From Glaucostegus cemiculus (Eukaryota): a stretch of 64,000 bases of DNA. How positions within the stretch are numbered: the stretch's first letter is position 1; every line of letters begins with the position of its first letter. Location of the stretch: contig CDPCPM010000370.1 of NCBI GenBank assembly GCA_976551045.1, positions 1,984,001 to 2,048,000 on the forward strand, read 5' to 3'. A program made the position numbers and the translations under genes. The notes beneath the pieces were generated by a model. The model searched no databases. It worked only from the letters and a program-made list of their open reading frames with translations, and was not told where the DNA came from. Of the stretch, positions 25,778-39,575 are shown piece after piece.

Positions 25778-26257
25778 ATGGGAATCCTCCTGGTTTTCAC
25801 TTTGTTCCTTTGCTTTCGCCGTGAGTACAGTTCACACACTTCTACAATGTTCAAATTTTCAAATGAGACTGACCGAGTCCATTTCTAATTTCAAGAATTT
25901 TGGGGGTTTTAGTCCAATGGATGGTTATTTGAAGCATCCTTAATCTGTGTTTATTTTCTAGGCTCCTTCATTCAGTTGGTGACTCAGAGCCCAACAGCAG
26001 TGACGAAGGAGGAGTGTCAGTCTCTCACCATCACCTGCCGTTTCCAACCTGGTTCTTGGGATGGTTATTTTTTTTTCAGAACGGTCATTTCTTCAAGCAG
26101 ACCCAGCCCGGGACCGCGTGGGAGCGTATCTCCACTGGGGCCCGTTTTTCAACATTGATAAAAATAACAGAAATGATATTTACACTGGAAATTCGGAGTC
26201 TGAAAGTCGAAGACACTGCCACCAATGACTGTCAAGCCGAGTACCAGTGGGGCGATG
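25778..26257 (+). pseudogene. NAR-TCR V (IgNAR-like V). Leader 25778-25820, V exon from 25962.
   Basis: Leader MGILLVFTLFLCF. V reads LVTQSPTAVTKEECQSLTITC...FFKQTQPGTAWERISTGARFS...FTLEIRSLKVEDTATNDCQA. It shows the IgNAR-type short FR2/no CDR2 and an extra FR1 Cys. Lesions: frameshift in the T-run near 26068-26076, YYC changed to NDC, heptamer decayed to TGCAGCG (22-nt spacer, nonamer ACGAAAGCT). Confidence 0.85.
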
Positions 26258-26634
26258 TGCAGCGATGCGTCCGGGCTTCCCGTAGTACGAAAGCTCTCAC
26301 TGCAGATTGTTCCAGCAACAAGAAGGGTAGACAATCTGCCGGCGAATCTCACGGTCCCTTTCGGTCGGACCGCCCACAGTCTGGGTTATAACGAGATTGG
26401 AATGTCTCGTGAGCACACTGGGTTTTCTCACTGCCGAGTGTGCGCGAATGGTATGGACTTTCCAAAAACTGGTGACAAATAACGGAGACCGGGAGTGACT
26501 GATCTCTCTTCTCAAATATCCAACTCCAGATGGCATCTTTTGCCAGCAGCTAGAACTGGGAACTATAGTCACTGTGCGTTGAATGCCTGACTTCCCATCT
26601 CAACAGGGGTTTAAAACTGATATGAAACACCGTG

Positions 26635-26649
26635 TATGTTTGGGGAAAG
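26635..26649 (+). other. NAR-TCR D segment with 12/12 RSSs
   Basis: gggtttaaa-12-CACCGTG | TATGTTTGGGGAAAG | CACGTTG-12-ACAAAAAAC (26607-26677). Confidence 0.8.
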
Positions 26650-27028
26650 CACGTTGGAAAAGAGCAGCACAAAAAACTTGACAGTTAAAATCTTTTATCT
26701 CGATTTCCGGAACCGGAATTATATGGTCGGTGTTTATTCAGGTTGTTCTATGGGTGAATTTCATTGTAATTTCCCACTTTGAGTTTATTTTCTTTGACTT
26801 TGGTATCATTTTCGTAAGCAGATTACCGGCCTCTATCCCAGCTCATTTTACTGAGTACTCCGTTTCTCATAAGGGAACAGGTTTAACCACCGAGAATTAT
26901 ATAACATCAAATATTGTTTACTGTTCCGTAGCCCCTGGAATATGTGGGAACAATTTATTGACGTTTGCCGTCAAAATTAACAGGAGGGTGGGTGCTGTAC
27001 AGGGGAAACTGAGAACGGGATCTTTGTG

Positions 27029-27086
27029 TATGGTTGGGAGATTTACCACGAGGATGGCGGCGGGTCTACGGTGACTGTCACAGCCG
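27029..27086 (+). other. NAR-TCR J segment
   Basis: YGWEIYHEDGGGSTVTVTA G|gtaagt, preceded by a degenerate 23-RSS gggtgctgt-23-ctttgtg (26990-27028). Confidence 0.85.
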
Positions 27087-28188
27087 GTAAGTATTTGAAA
27101 ATCTCGCCTTGTCGGCCGCTATATCCGGGAATGGTTGGCGGTTAACATAGAGATCGGGTTGGCATCAATTTCATTCAATGTGCAACTTGCCTATTTTCCA
27201 AAGGGGCTTCTGTAAAGTGGTCTAGAGGTGACAGAGTGCAGAGGGCGTCACGGTCACTTGTGAGTACTGAGAGTGCATTTCGGGAACAACCAGGGAGGAG
27301 GCAAATTGGCGATGGTGACAGGGAAAAAATGTCGGTCTTGCCAGGGATGCTCATATTCTCAAACAATGAAACATAAAAAAAAGAGTACTCGAGGGAACGG
27401 GTGCAGAGAAGAGTCGCACGGGTATTTTTCATATAAATGGAGAGAAGTATCGGAAATTCCCGACAAACGTTGTTGGATCTTTGGGCTGAGGTGCTGATGT
27501 CGTGGCTATTCACAGCGCAATCACATTGACAGGCGGGTATATTTTGAGGACTGGTTGCGTCCACGCCCTCTGGACGTTGGAAGACTGAGAAGTATACACC
27601 TTGTTATACACCATCTACAGAAGGAGCTTGATGGGTCAAGTGCTGAGCAGCAAGTGAGCATGAAACCCCTTATGGAAATTCCGCAGGTTAAACCAAACCG
27701 ACAACTGTCAGATTGTCAGAAGAATTCTCAGGAGGATAAAATATAAACCGCAAGCAGTAAAAGGCGGGCGACCCAGATCTGAAAAAAAACTGTAACCAGT
27801 GAAACAAAAGTAAAGCAGAGAAAGATATGCCCCACTAAAAGAAGGAACTTGTGAAAAAGGGTAGAGGGGCCTAGAACTGATCTTAATGGTTGACCCCCAT
27901 CGCATGGATGTTCATTCCGCACTTACAGTTGGATTTTGCAATGCAGTGGGCTATATACGAGAAGCAATACATTTCGCGAACGTTCATCCCTCACTGAGAA
28001 GAAAAATTAAAAACTTCCTATTTGTATTTCGTCAAGAAACATCAAAGATAAATAAAGTTTTACATAGCACGGAATGGTAATTCGGCCCTTCGTCTGTGTG
28101 CTGACAAAGGTTCGCCTGCATTCGTCTATCACACTGCCTCCAATAATCGACAGTAAATCCACAATGACCTCCATTTTGTTTCCCGTAG

Positions 28189-28494
28189 ATTCCATTTCTC
28201 AGACATCCCAGAGTCCACCTCTGCAACCTTCCATTGCTGGAGACACCGTGTCTTTAAACTGCGAATATTCCGGCTTCTGTTCATACACAGTACACTAGTA
28301 CCGGAAGTTCTCAGGGCAGGCTCCGGAATTTCTCTTCCAGATGCACACTTCGGGAGAGCAGGACCAGGAAAATGTTGCCGGAGGACGAATTTCTGGTACT
28401 CTTGACACCGCCAAGAAAATCAGCCAGTTAATGATCTCCAGACTGCAACCGAGCGACGCTGCTGTGTATCACTGTGCACGCATCCCGGGCACAG
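28189..28494 (+). pseudogene. Leaderless NAR-TCR-supporting TCR delta V
   Basis: Phase-1 acceptor matching the J donor. Reads DSISQTSQSP...VSLNCEYSGFCSYTVH*YRKFSGQAPEFL...LQPSDAAVYHCAR, with an extra CDR1 Cys and the conserved Trp codon changed to TAG. RSS is CACAGCG-23-ATAAAAACC (28495-28533). Confidence 0.88.
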
Positions 28495-30989
28495 CACAGC
28501 GATGCAGAGCAGGGAGAAAGCCGTATAAAAACCTCAGTGTGGTGAACTACAAACGGACAACGCTATAGTGCAGCGAGAGAGTTTGACAAATACCAAATGT
28601 GCTTGATCATACATAAACTGTGCTGCAGAGTACTGATTGTTGCACCAGAACCTCTATGCGCAGCGCTTTGACTGAGAGAACAATAAAGGGGAGGGGCTGT
28701 GGATAAATATTGAATAAATCCTATATTAGTTTTTCGTCAATAACATTTAATTTGCATTATGGTGCTGTTAAAACAGGTACAAACGCCCCTCCCAATTGGC
28801 GAAGGATCTATTTCCGTGATGAGTGACTCTGTGACAATATCAGTCAAAGAAAATCTCCCATTTTGTTTCCGGTAACTCAGCTTCGTTAATGTGATAGATG
28901 TTGGCAGAGTGGCGATACGGAAGGTCCATCTGTCCTCTGAGTTGGTGGTTTAATCAATGGCAGGAATAAATGAAAGTCGAGAGAGATGTCCCTCACTGTT
29001 CACAGTTTTGTTGCTCAAGCAACACATGCGATAGACAATATGTTGAGTTCATCGCAACGTGATCTATTTCACTTCGACAAGCAACCATATAAAGGAAGCC
29101 TCCGAAAACCTGCCGGTTATTTAATTTCAGTGAATTCCAGTCTTTAAGTTGAAGACAAGCACTCAGTCAGTCAAAGGGAAAAATGTTCTCGGATATATCA
29201 GGAAATATTTAACTTGATTCTATGTTGAGTATACGCTGGAAACATTTTCCATCCTTCGCACTTCTAGGTATTTTCAAAACATCGAGATGATGTAAGTTAC
29301 ATTTCATGCAGAAATATCCCGAAAAGTTTCCTTCAAAAATAAAGTAATTCACTATTTACTGAAATATTGACAAACAAAATAATCATATTCCTCAGAGCAC
29401 TTTGAAAATCGCAGCAAAATTCCATCTGCAACGGATTCAAACAAGACCTGAGCGGAAATTATCATGAGTGCGTTATCTGAAACGCGACCCATCATCCCAT
29501 GAAATATATTTTCAACATTGTTCTGGGTCATACGGATGGAAAAAAGGTTTAGTTAAAAAAATTGAAACATTAAAACATTGTTTTTGTGAAGCCGTTATAT
29601 TTAAATTAAACTAATACCACATGGGATTAACAAGAATGGGTCTGCAAACGAAAACGGTACAATAATGATGCAATGTTGATTTTCCACATGATTCCTGTGC
29701 TCATCCTTCAGGAATGCGATGAATCTTCAGTTATCAGAGTTCTGCCTAAAAAAAGACACGTAACGTGCAGGAAAACGTTAATTGTAAATGTGTCTGGTCA
29801 GAAGCGGACTCGGACTAACCACGGCAAAGAATACCTGTACAACAGGAATTATGCAGAAAGAGGGATGGTGAAACATGGTCCAGATGTCCTGTAGTTCAGA
29901 AATTTAACCGTTGAATTGTCGTGTGTGGAGACAGTCAACGGTTCGACTGCGGAGGAGTTGTGCTTGGGAGAGTTTCGGGTGATGTCACGTGGGGAAGAGC
30001 TGGAACGAATGCAGTGAGTAACACTCAACTCCGAGTCGAAGACAGCGTGGGAAGTGGAAAGGATCTGACTCAGTTTCAAAGCCGTTTCTGGACTGTGATT
30101 TGCTGTCGGTGAGCCGGGATATTGATCGGAATTTCTGCTCAGCCAATCGCAGAGATGAAACAATTGGGTGATTCTGACAGGAGGAATAATGAAACGAGCG
30201 GATTAAAGAGCTTGATATTTGTCCAAAAGTAAAATCACTGAGAATATTACGATGAGAATCGAAGTGAAAGAAAGATCGGGAGGGAGGAGTGCGATGAGAA
30301 AGCGGAGCAGGCCGTTCTCAAATTACTATTGAGTGACCGAAATGGGAGAAGCATGAGGGCAGTTGCACTGTGCTGCTCAGCAAAGCCTGGAAGTTGGACG
30401 GAATGGAATTCACTGTCTTCATAGAAGGAAGGAGACAGGTTGAAAAGGATGAAATCACGTCAGGATCTTGCTGGTCGTGTGCACTTTTGTGAAATATTTA
30501 GACCAGATCCAAATGTTTGTATTACCGCATTTATCTGGGAAACGCAGGCACGGGTGTGGAAAGGATGATGTGATTGAGGAGCCATGAGTGGGAAAAGGAT
30601 GTTGCAAATTGGCTGTTTGCATGCAAGAGCAGACTGATCTAGGCCGACTTTCGAGAGGGGGCATGATAGCGATCGTTGCTTCACAGATTGCACTCGGCGA
30701 ACGAGTTCTGCAGACAAGATGTGGGGGAGATATTTCAATTTCTTCAAAGTTATGGGGTTTTGAAGGTGTTATCTGGGTCTCGATATCTCCTAATGTGGTA
30801 AGATGTAATATTATATCATGTGATATATGTGACTGGTTATGGCTGGAATGATGCTTCTTCTAATATATCAGTCCATTGAATTTTATTCTTGTTGAAGGTT
30901 CGTTTTAATTGATTTTTATTTCTGTAACCTTTTTCGACGCTGTTTTCTTTCAGTCGTCGGTGCTATCATTGACGACTTTTTCTCCTACT

Positions 30990-31345
30990 CTATTATATTT
31001 CTAACCTTTCTCTCTGCATTGCCCTCCATTTCTCCATCATTCGTGTATCTATCGAAGAGTCTCTTAAATGCCCCTAGTGCTTCCGTCCCCACGACATCTG
31101 CGGGAAGTGTGTTCCACGTACGCACCACTCCCTTTGTAAAAAGAAATTTACTTCTGACATCGCCCTTGTGTCTTCCTTCAATCACTTTAAAACTATGTCC
31201 CTTCTTGTTTGCAATCTTCCCTCTCTAGAAAAGTCTCTGATTGTCGACACGATCTATGACTCTTACCATCTTGTACACATCTATCGAGTCACCTCTCATC
31301 CTCCTTCTCCCCAAAGAGGAAAGCCCTCGCTCACTCACCTATCCT
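30990..31345 (-). mobile_element. CR1-type LINE 3' fragment
   Basis: Translation KGDVRSKFLFTKGVVRTWNTLPADVV...AFKRLFDRY matches the CR1 ORF2 C-terminus seen at 43250-43455. Confidence 0.75.
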
Positions 31346-32186
31346 CATGGAGAAATACAGAGCTGAAGTGGAAGAGACGAGTAAAAGATGAGCAGAACTC
31401 TGGCCTCATCCAATCATAGGTACTTCCGGTGCTCCATTTGTTCCTCTGCACGTGCCTCACGTTCCCCAATTCTGACGACGTGCCTTCCGCCTGAAACGTT
31501 CACGCGTTATATTCTCTCTCCAGAAACACTCCCTGATCTGCTGAGTCTATCCAGTATTTCCTCTTTTCAATATTATTTTCTGGGGTTCAAATTGTTTTTT
31601 ATTATATTTTGAGAATACCTTCAGTCAAGGTAACAAGTTAGCAATTTGCTTTCCTTCCGTTTGTTTAATAAAATTCTGCCCATTTGATTCGAGCAGAGGA
31701 ATTCTGAGCAATGCTCTTTGGACACTGATCTTCAATATCAGCTCCACTGACTCACTACACATACAGATGTACGCCAAACGCACGAAGCGCTGGAGGAGGA
31801 TCTCAGCAGGTCAGACAGCGTCAAGGGAGGGAAGTTGACAGTCGAGCTTTCATGTCGAAACCCTCCATCTAGAGTGATGAAGTCCATCGACCCATTCAAT
31901 TATTCCTGTGTTTTGCTTATTGCTCGATATTTCAGCATCAGCGCTCTCTTGTGTCACCAGAAATTTGCCCACTTCTGCTTCAAATGAATTCTATGACTGA
32001 CCATCAACTTGCCGAAAACGAAAGCGTGACATCGCGTATAATCGAAGCAACACGTAATGCGGGGGTCGAGGCTGAAGAGTGTCTCAGAGTAACGTTGTGA
32101 AGCGAGTTTAAAGATGAATGAGGAGTTAACGTTTAACACAGTTGGACGGCAAAACATGCTTGAAGTTGCTGTCAGCACAACGAGTG

Positions 32187-32258
32187 TCCCTGATGGTCTA
32201 ATGGTCAGGATTCGACGTTCTCACCGCTGAGGCCCGGGTTCGATTCCTGGTCATGCAA
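32187..32258 (+). tRNA. tRNA-Glu(CTC) pseudogene
   Basis: Closely resembles vertebrate tRNA-Glu-CTC (TCCCTG..GGTCTA..GG..AGGATTCG..CTCACCGC..GGCCCGGGTTCGATTCC). The acceptor stem is disrupted, the A and B boxes are intact, and a T4 run follows. Confidence 0.85.
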
Positions 32259-35200
32259 GATGTCCTTTTGATGACTCAATTGAAAACGATAGGCGGAATA
32301 GCACCCATCATATATATTTTCATCACCGCCACCACCACTTCAATAGTCATCAGCACATCAATCGTTTAGCTGGGATCCCCATGCAAGTCGCTGAAACTTA
32401 CTGATGTGATGTCTCGGCAGTAATTCAATGTCAGGTCCCGGGGTCCAAGATTCAAATTAGGATAAATATTCACATTGAGCATGAATTTACGACGTAAACA
32501 GGAAAATGATCTGAGTTATGTTCACAAACTGCCTGCCAGAATCATTCACCACACAGCTCCCGTGCAGAGGAGACTTACGGCTTGTGTCTATCATGTAAAA
32601 ATGTTTGGAGATTTAAAAGGAACAGGATGTTCTGTGCCTCTTTGGTCTGTGTGGCTGGGCCCAACGTTCCAGTTTTTTCCTCGATACAACCCAGACTCGG
32701 GTTGCAAGAAATGATGATGGGAGTAAAATAAATTGAGACTGGACCGATATTATGGGGTCCAAGTATAACTCTTAACTGGAATGCGGTCTTTGCGTTCAGT
32801 TTACTGTAAAGCAAAAGCTACAACGGTGTGATATCACTGTTGCATTATGATCAATGGCTGGATCTGTTTTTCTGACGGGTTTTATTATTTGGCGAGAGAA
32901 TTATTATATCTTATCGACGGATCTTTAATAAAATCATTGGATTTTCACTGACTGACAGAGAGTAATATTCAGTGAACCACTCTGTGACTGCTCTTCTGGA
33001 CTGAAAGCCAAACTGACTGACCGTGGGCGCTGCAGTAAGATAGGGACTGTTTCTGTAAGATAGATATTTGTGTCCGGAGTTAATCAATTATTCTATTGTT
33101 TGGGCCTGATATATACGATTGTTTGCAGCTCTCAGCGTTCATGCGCTGTTCCTGGTTGATAGGCAATACTTGTAGAGAGATAGAGCAGAGAAATAGACCT
33201 TTCTGTACACGGTGCCGATGTCAATGATCAAACCCAAATCTACATTGTTCTCGTTTACCAGCACATAATCCATAGCCTTCACTACCTTGGCGAATCAAGT
33301 GCTCATACAGATGATCGTTAAATGTTGCGTGTTCTACAACCATTACCACCTGTGTTTGGATGATCCTTGTGTTGAAAGGGCAGGTATGAATCTTGGAACA
33401 GTCCCAGGGATGAGCTGAAACTAAGGCACGGCAGGAAAGGTGAACAATATGACAACGTCCCTCCAAAGCTCTCATATGCATGCGCATGAGCGCACTCATG
33501 CACAGACATGTTGCACATCCATTAATATCACAGTGTTACAGGTCGATTTCAATTTCCAATCGGGACTTTTGAGAGTTCTCTCAGTCGAGGAGAACAGAAA
33601 CATCGGTACCAATTGGAGATGACGTAGAGCTTTCGGCCCCGACTTGCACCATTTCTTTAAAAAAAAATCGTTCCAACAGTTTTCGCCATAGAACGAAGTG
33701 CATAAATTATGATTTGTTATTTTATCTGAGATATTTACAGGCAGCAGTGAAACCAATAAATCGTTGAATCCATTGGATTTAATTTAGGACATTATTTTCC
33801 AGCACCGTGGAAATTGGGGTTAACAGCTGTCCAATGCAGGAAACTGTCTCCCTGCAGGAGGAAAATAAAATTCCATCCACAGTACTAGACGTGGTCATTA
33901 CGTTGACTGTTTTCTCTACTACCTTCTATTTCAAACAAGAAAGGGTTGTACATAGTGTACGACCTGAAATGTAATAAGAATTGGATTAGTGTGGTCAGAA
34001 GTGTGATGTGGCCAAATGTAACAACTGCCATGAAGAAAGCAAAAAACGTTCTTTATGAATTATTTAATCTCCAAAAGGTCAACCGCATTGTGTAAGTATG
34101 AGTCGTGAAATAGGAATAGTCAGAGGTCCTGACAGAAAATGGACAGGTGTGGTGTGATTCAGTCTATGATGACAGAGACCAATGTGGTATTATGTTCTCG
34201 AGAAATGTTGGCGTGACATGCTTCATGTAGACAGTGATTTCACGCAGTGTAACTGCAAAGAAAATATTTTAATATTCGTTCCTTGTTCTTTTCCAATTCA
34301 GCAGCAATAGGTATTCACAAACAAAGGAGGTATTGTACACATGTTGAAGGATATAGAGACTACTTTATTAGAGTTATTTGAAAAATAAAATGCAGAAAGG
34401 AAGGAGAACAGTTAAATGCAGAAGGGATCAAAATAATATCAACCAATCAATGAACTGTTCTATATAATACCAGAGGGAACCTCATGTGTCCGGCAGCCTT
34501 TCATCAGCCTTCTGTCTGTGTCTCAGCACTGGTCGTGACCCATCCGAAGGGAAGGTCCCTCTTTCCACAAAGAAGATTTCCCCCTTCATACCCCTCAAAA
34601 ACTTAACATGATTCTGACCCCAGTGCTTTTCCATCCCGGAGTGGTACCAGCCTGTACCTTATTATCACTTTGCGACTTCCGGCCTAAACACTTAACTTGG
34701 AAACAGAGACAATATTTCTGTCCATAAAAAAAAATCTTCCTCAGTACCTCTTCTCAGGGATATGATCCTGTACTCCCAAAGTTCGCAGAATATTTCCATA
34801 GTCCGAGCTGACAGCACTTTGAGCTACACTCCACTGCACAGACTAAGGCGGGGTCATAAATAACTTTTGGATAATGTAACTCTTGGTTTATAGTCCAAAT
34901 TCTTTGAGTCCAATGTAATAAGAGCCGAGAGGACATCCATTGTTAATTCCATGAGTAAGATATTCATGGATTTCGCGTGATGTTCTGGGTTTATTGGAAT
35001 ATGAAGAGTGTCAGCGGTGTAATAATAATCAAATTATAAGAAGACCAATTGCACGTTTAGTAAAATGGAGAACTGTATAATAAAGCGTGTCCTACAATCA
35101 GAATGTTTGCTTGAACATGAATTCGTCCCTCTTTATTTCAGTGATTAGGGCTAAATTCTGATAGATGCAGTTTAAAATAGCAGTGGGAGTATTTCGATTT

Positions 35201-36534
35201 CGAGAGCATCAAATAAAGCAGCGTTTTCACCTTGCATTCGTGGACAGGTGAGTTGAACGTGACTGACAAATTATGTCAGTACTATTGCTGTACTGGTACT
35301 CATTGAGAAAGTGACCAGCGAAATAAATGCAGAGAGTGAGCTGTGTAATTTGGGTGCAGTGCAATCTCAGTTTTTAGCCGGCACTTGGATTAATTCGCAG
35401 TTTCCTTTGGCCCCCTTCCCATTTTGGACAGACTTTTACAGTCATTTCTCAGGACATGCGTGGATTAATGTAAGTCATATAAAGTGCGCCACCTTCTCAT
35501 TGAAACGTTAACAGATCCGTTTGCTTTGGAAGACCATAATTATAGATGAGACTGTGAACTGTGTCCTTCTCACCAGGCTATCCCGAGGCCTCTCATTATA
35601 GTTGATGGGAAGCTGAGTTCGATGTACTGAGGCGCAATGTCTGCGTAATCACTAATATGTAGTTTTAAACAAAAACAACAAGAACGGAACTACAACTTGG
35701 GGAAAATATTGTAGTACGTGTGTGAAACAGGAGCAATGTGGAGGGACTGCGCATAAAGAAATGTAAGAAACCAAGTTGATCTCTTTGAGTATTAAAATTT
35801 ATTGGTAATTTCCCACAAAACAATTTACAGAGAAGATTTAGGAAAGTTAATATAAAGTGCAGAGCACGATTATATTTCACACTGAGACCAGGCCATATGA
35901 GCTGTCAGCCCTCTGTTCATTTTCAAAAGAAATCGAGAAATGAGGGATGTGCATCAGTGACATTATTGATTTCCACTCAAATAATATTCTAACAAGTTGG
36001 ATTCTCTGAGATGTATTTACATTATCGGGAGAACGGTCAGGGAAGCAATAGAGAGCGAGTGAGAGGGATTGGAAAGTGTGCCGGAAGCTTCAAGGAAGGA
36101 ACTCAGAAAAGTCCAAGCTGGTTGTTTTGCCATTGGAGGCATGTTACCTCTTCCACAGATCAAAATTTACAGACTCTATCATCTGTGTGTTAGAGGGCAA
36201 ATAACAACTTAAAATGTCACTAGGAACAAACTGTGTCGACAGTTCTCCGTACAAATTCACTGGTATCGGGTAGCATGGTTAAAGGTAAAGAACGGCTGCA
36301 ACTAATCAATGAAAAATCAACTTATTGACAAAGGGAATTGAGTTTTAAAAGTAACACAACTAATTACATTAACTCCGTGGAAAAAGGCGTTTCACGCATT
36401 AATGAACAATCAGTCTGAGACAGTGAAATCCAGTTCGTGGTGTTGCTTCATCAGCTTGGGATGTTTCCAATCACTTCAACTCCGATGTCAGTAGACCGGT
36501 GAGACAAAATCCACGGCTTTGACGTTTTAACTCA

Positions 36535-36543
36535 TCATTTAAC
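36535..36543 (-). CDS. IGHM: IgM TM2 exon (VK-stop)
   Basis: ttcacag|GTT AAA TGA. Confidence 0.85.
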   Translation of the reverse strand, partial: VK

Positions 36544-36683
36544 CTGTGAAAGAACGATGGAGAATATATAAGTACATTCGTTGTCTGGGATATTAATACC
36601 AGGACATTTGATGGACAAAATGTTGGATCTCATTCTATCATATCCATTGACGTTGAGGACTTGAGTGGATTTAGTGTTCTCAC

Positions 36684-36811
36684 CTTCACCAGAGTTAAGG
36701 CAGCGCCGTAGGAAATGCTCAGAAAGAACAGGATGATGAATGTGGAAGCGGTTGTCCAGATGATTTCTCTGTCTTCATCAAAGTTTTCAATCCTGATGTT
36801 GTCTGCGAAAT
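36684..36811 (-). CDS. IGHM: IgM TM1 exon
   Basis: DFADNIRIENFDEDREIIWTTASTFIILFFLSISYGAALTLVK|gtgag, with the conserved antigen-receptor transmembrane motif. Confidence 0.92.
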
Positions 36812-39183
36812 CTATCGAAAGCAGAAAGGGAAATACATTCACATTGTTGTCCCGTCCAGCGCATCGCGTCTTGCTTGTTTTATTTAATTTGCACTGCTTC
36901 TATTCTATCAAAAATCTATTTTTTCCATGAATTTCCTGTGCTAAGGTCATCATCATCATCATCAACAGTAGTTTTCAACAATCAATGCACATTCTACCAA
37001 CAGCGTTACATTATCGTCGGGTTATATGCACAAGTTATTTGTTCTGTGAGCGCCTGGTTCTTGAATATTATGATTTGTGGTGTACAAATGGATAATGGCT
37101 ATTTATGCGATGATTAGTGATGTTATTTGGAAGTGATAAATATGTTTGACGAAGGAACTCATTGAACGCAAAATCTTCGATATGCAATATGCAATAATTG
37201 ACAGCCCAGAAACTTGCTGCGCAAATTGCAGATCGTGAACAGACTACTAAATAAGCTTGCTCCATGGCAACATACACTTAAAGTAGACTTTAGAGACGTT
37301 ATCTGCATAATAATGTAGTTTGGAAGACGTATTTCTCAAAATTCAATTTCCCTGAGGTTTCACCTTTCCTACCGGAAGCTTGACTATCTGTTAAGAGATT
37401 CAGTTAGTCCACTGTGAGCCCATACCTGCGTCGACGCGATATATTAAGTGTGTTGGAGAATGCATTCGTTTTTCTGCATTGCTGTCAGCGTGTGTATGTG
37501 CATGCACGTACGTGCGTGTTAAAGACTGGTTGATTTGGTGCGTCTGTGTTTTCTTGCATGCCGGTCTGAGGCTGTGAAACATCCATGACAGCATCAGTCA
37601 ATATCAGCTTGTGAATAAATTAATTAATTGCGCAAGTATGTCTGGTGATGTGCAGTTGCCGCGAGGATTTTCGTCTGCGTGTGCACTGATGTATTGGAGT
37701 GTGCGTGCATAATTTTGTGCAAATGCGAGTTTTGAGTGCAAATGCGTGTATTTTGGTGAGCCGTTCTATGCGTTTTTTAAAAAGAATTTCAGCGAAATGT
37801 TTTACGTCAGCAGTGTTGCAGCAATTTTGTGCATTTTAGTGTAAAACATCTTAATTATTATTTTTGTAAATGTACATTTTCTCAGCTACTCTATATCACA
37901 TTCCGGTTTGGTATGTTGTTGACATATTCGTGCACTGAGGAGGCGTGGGTGCGAGAGTTGAGAACAGTATGAACCTACAACAATCCTCTACTTTAAATAT
38001 CTCTCCCTAAAGACTGGAGTTGAAAATTCGCCCTAAATACCCCTTTGTACTTGACTTTCAGAACCGTTACCACCTCAGTCGACTGAAACTATGTCACAGT
38101 CTGGACTACGTTTAATGACTGAAACATTCACAATATCAGAATTCCGGAGTTTCCAACCCACGAACAATGAATCTCTTGAAATTTTGGTCTCAAGTAGCAG
38201 CACCTACCGTTGCTCTATACCTTCTGGTTATTTATACATGTAAATTGATTGCCTTCACAGATTTCAGAATGCTTTATCAGCTCCTAAATCCCGTAAACGT
38301 AAGAAATACGAACACATACATGAAAAGCTAACGAACAAAATGTTGCCCCTTGCACATTTACTTCTGGACGTCAATGCGTTTGAGTGTAATTGTGTGTGTT
38401 TTCGCGTGTCAACATTTTTGCAGTTGTATTTACATATGTTCTTTACGTGTCAGTGTGTAGAATCTTATGTTTGATGTGCATGTGTACATTTCTTGCACGT
38501 ATTCTTCTGAAACCGTATTTCTCCACCTTCAATGGTATGCGTATTTTTAAGTGATTAGTGCAAAGTTTGAAATGGCTTTTTGAGAAGGGTCTTAGCTTCA
38601 AGAACTCGGTGTGAGTTTGACTGCGCTCAGTAAAATTCTTAACTGGATAATGTTTCATGTCATTCCTGCAATGTGCTTTCCAGATGCTCGTGTCCAGTTG
38701 CATTTCAGAGTATTGTGAAAACCGTCTCCCTTTTGCTGTACAATTTACTGTATAAATAACAGTTGGATCACATTTGGGCTGTCATCCCCCTCTGGTGGAG
38801 GAGTGTGAATTAGTTTGTTCTCGGGTGCGGAGCACCCTACAAAGTTCAGTGTCTGAGATCCTTCCACAATTTTGAATGGATTGGCCACAGGGGGAAAACA
38901 GAATCGGAAGTCTAGAACTTTGGATCTGAATCCCCAGTAAAAGAGAAATGGTGCTCAAGTGGATTAGGGAATTTTATAATAGCGAAGTGGTAATTAACCG
39001 TAATTGCATAATTTGTTGATTGAAGAACCTGGCTCTGGGTTTAAAATCCCTAACGCCCGAACATAGATACCCATCGCTTTGGCAAAATTGGGTAACAATT
39101 AATTAAACGGTATTAGGTCAATTCAAGTTTGGAGAAAAGATTTATTCGTATTTATTTGAGAACTAATTGAAAGCGAGAGATGA

Positions 39184-39575
39184 TCATTGACATGAATTGA
39201 CAGTGTCCATCAGTACAAGGGAAACGTTGACAAAACTGGGTTTACCGCTGGACCGATTGACCGTTCTGGTGATGATCTTCATGGGGAGGGTTTCGTGCCC
39301 CACCACACAGGAGAAAGACGCGCCGCTTCCCCACTGTTCTGCCTGAACGGATAACAGGCTGTACATGAAAAAGGAGCTGTTGCCGTTCTCCGCCACCACC
39401 TCGGTGTTCCTGTAGCTGCGCGAATCCACCGGCTTGTCGTCGACCGTCCACTTAACGAAGATCCGACGAGGAGAGAAACCTCTTACTGAGCAGGTGAGAG
39501 CCATAGTCCTCTGACCAGAGATGACTTCTGCCGGAGGAAGCAGGACCGACACGGATGGTTCACGTGGATGTGGAT
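39184..39575 (-). CDS. IGHM: IgM CH4 (39246-39575) plus secretory tailpiece (39184-39245)
   Basis: [15 protein letters not shown]...[10 protein letters not shown]...[14 protein letters not shown]...[20 protein letters not shown]. Internal donor G|GTAAA for TM splicing; AATAAA at 39141-39156. Confidence 0.95.
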
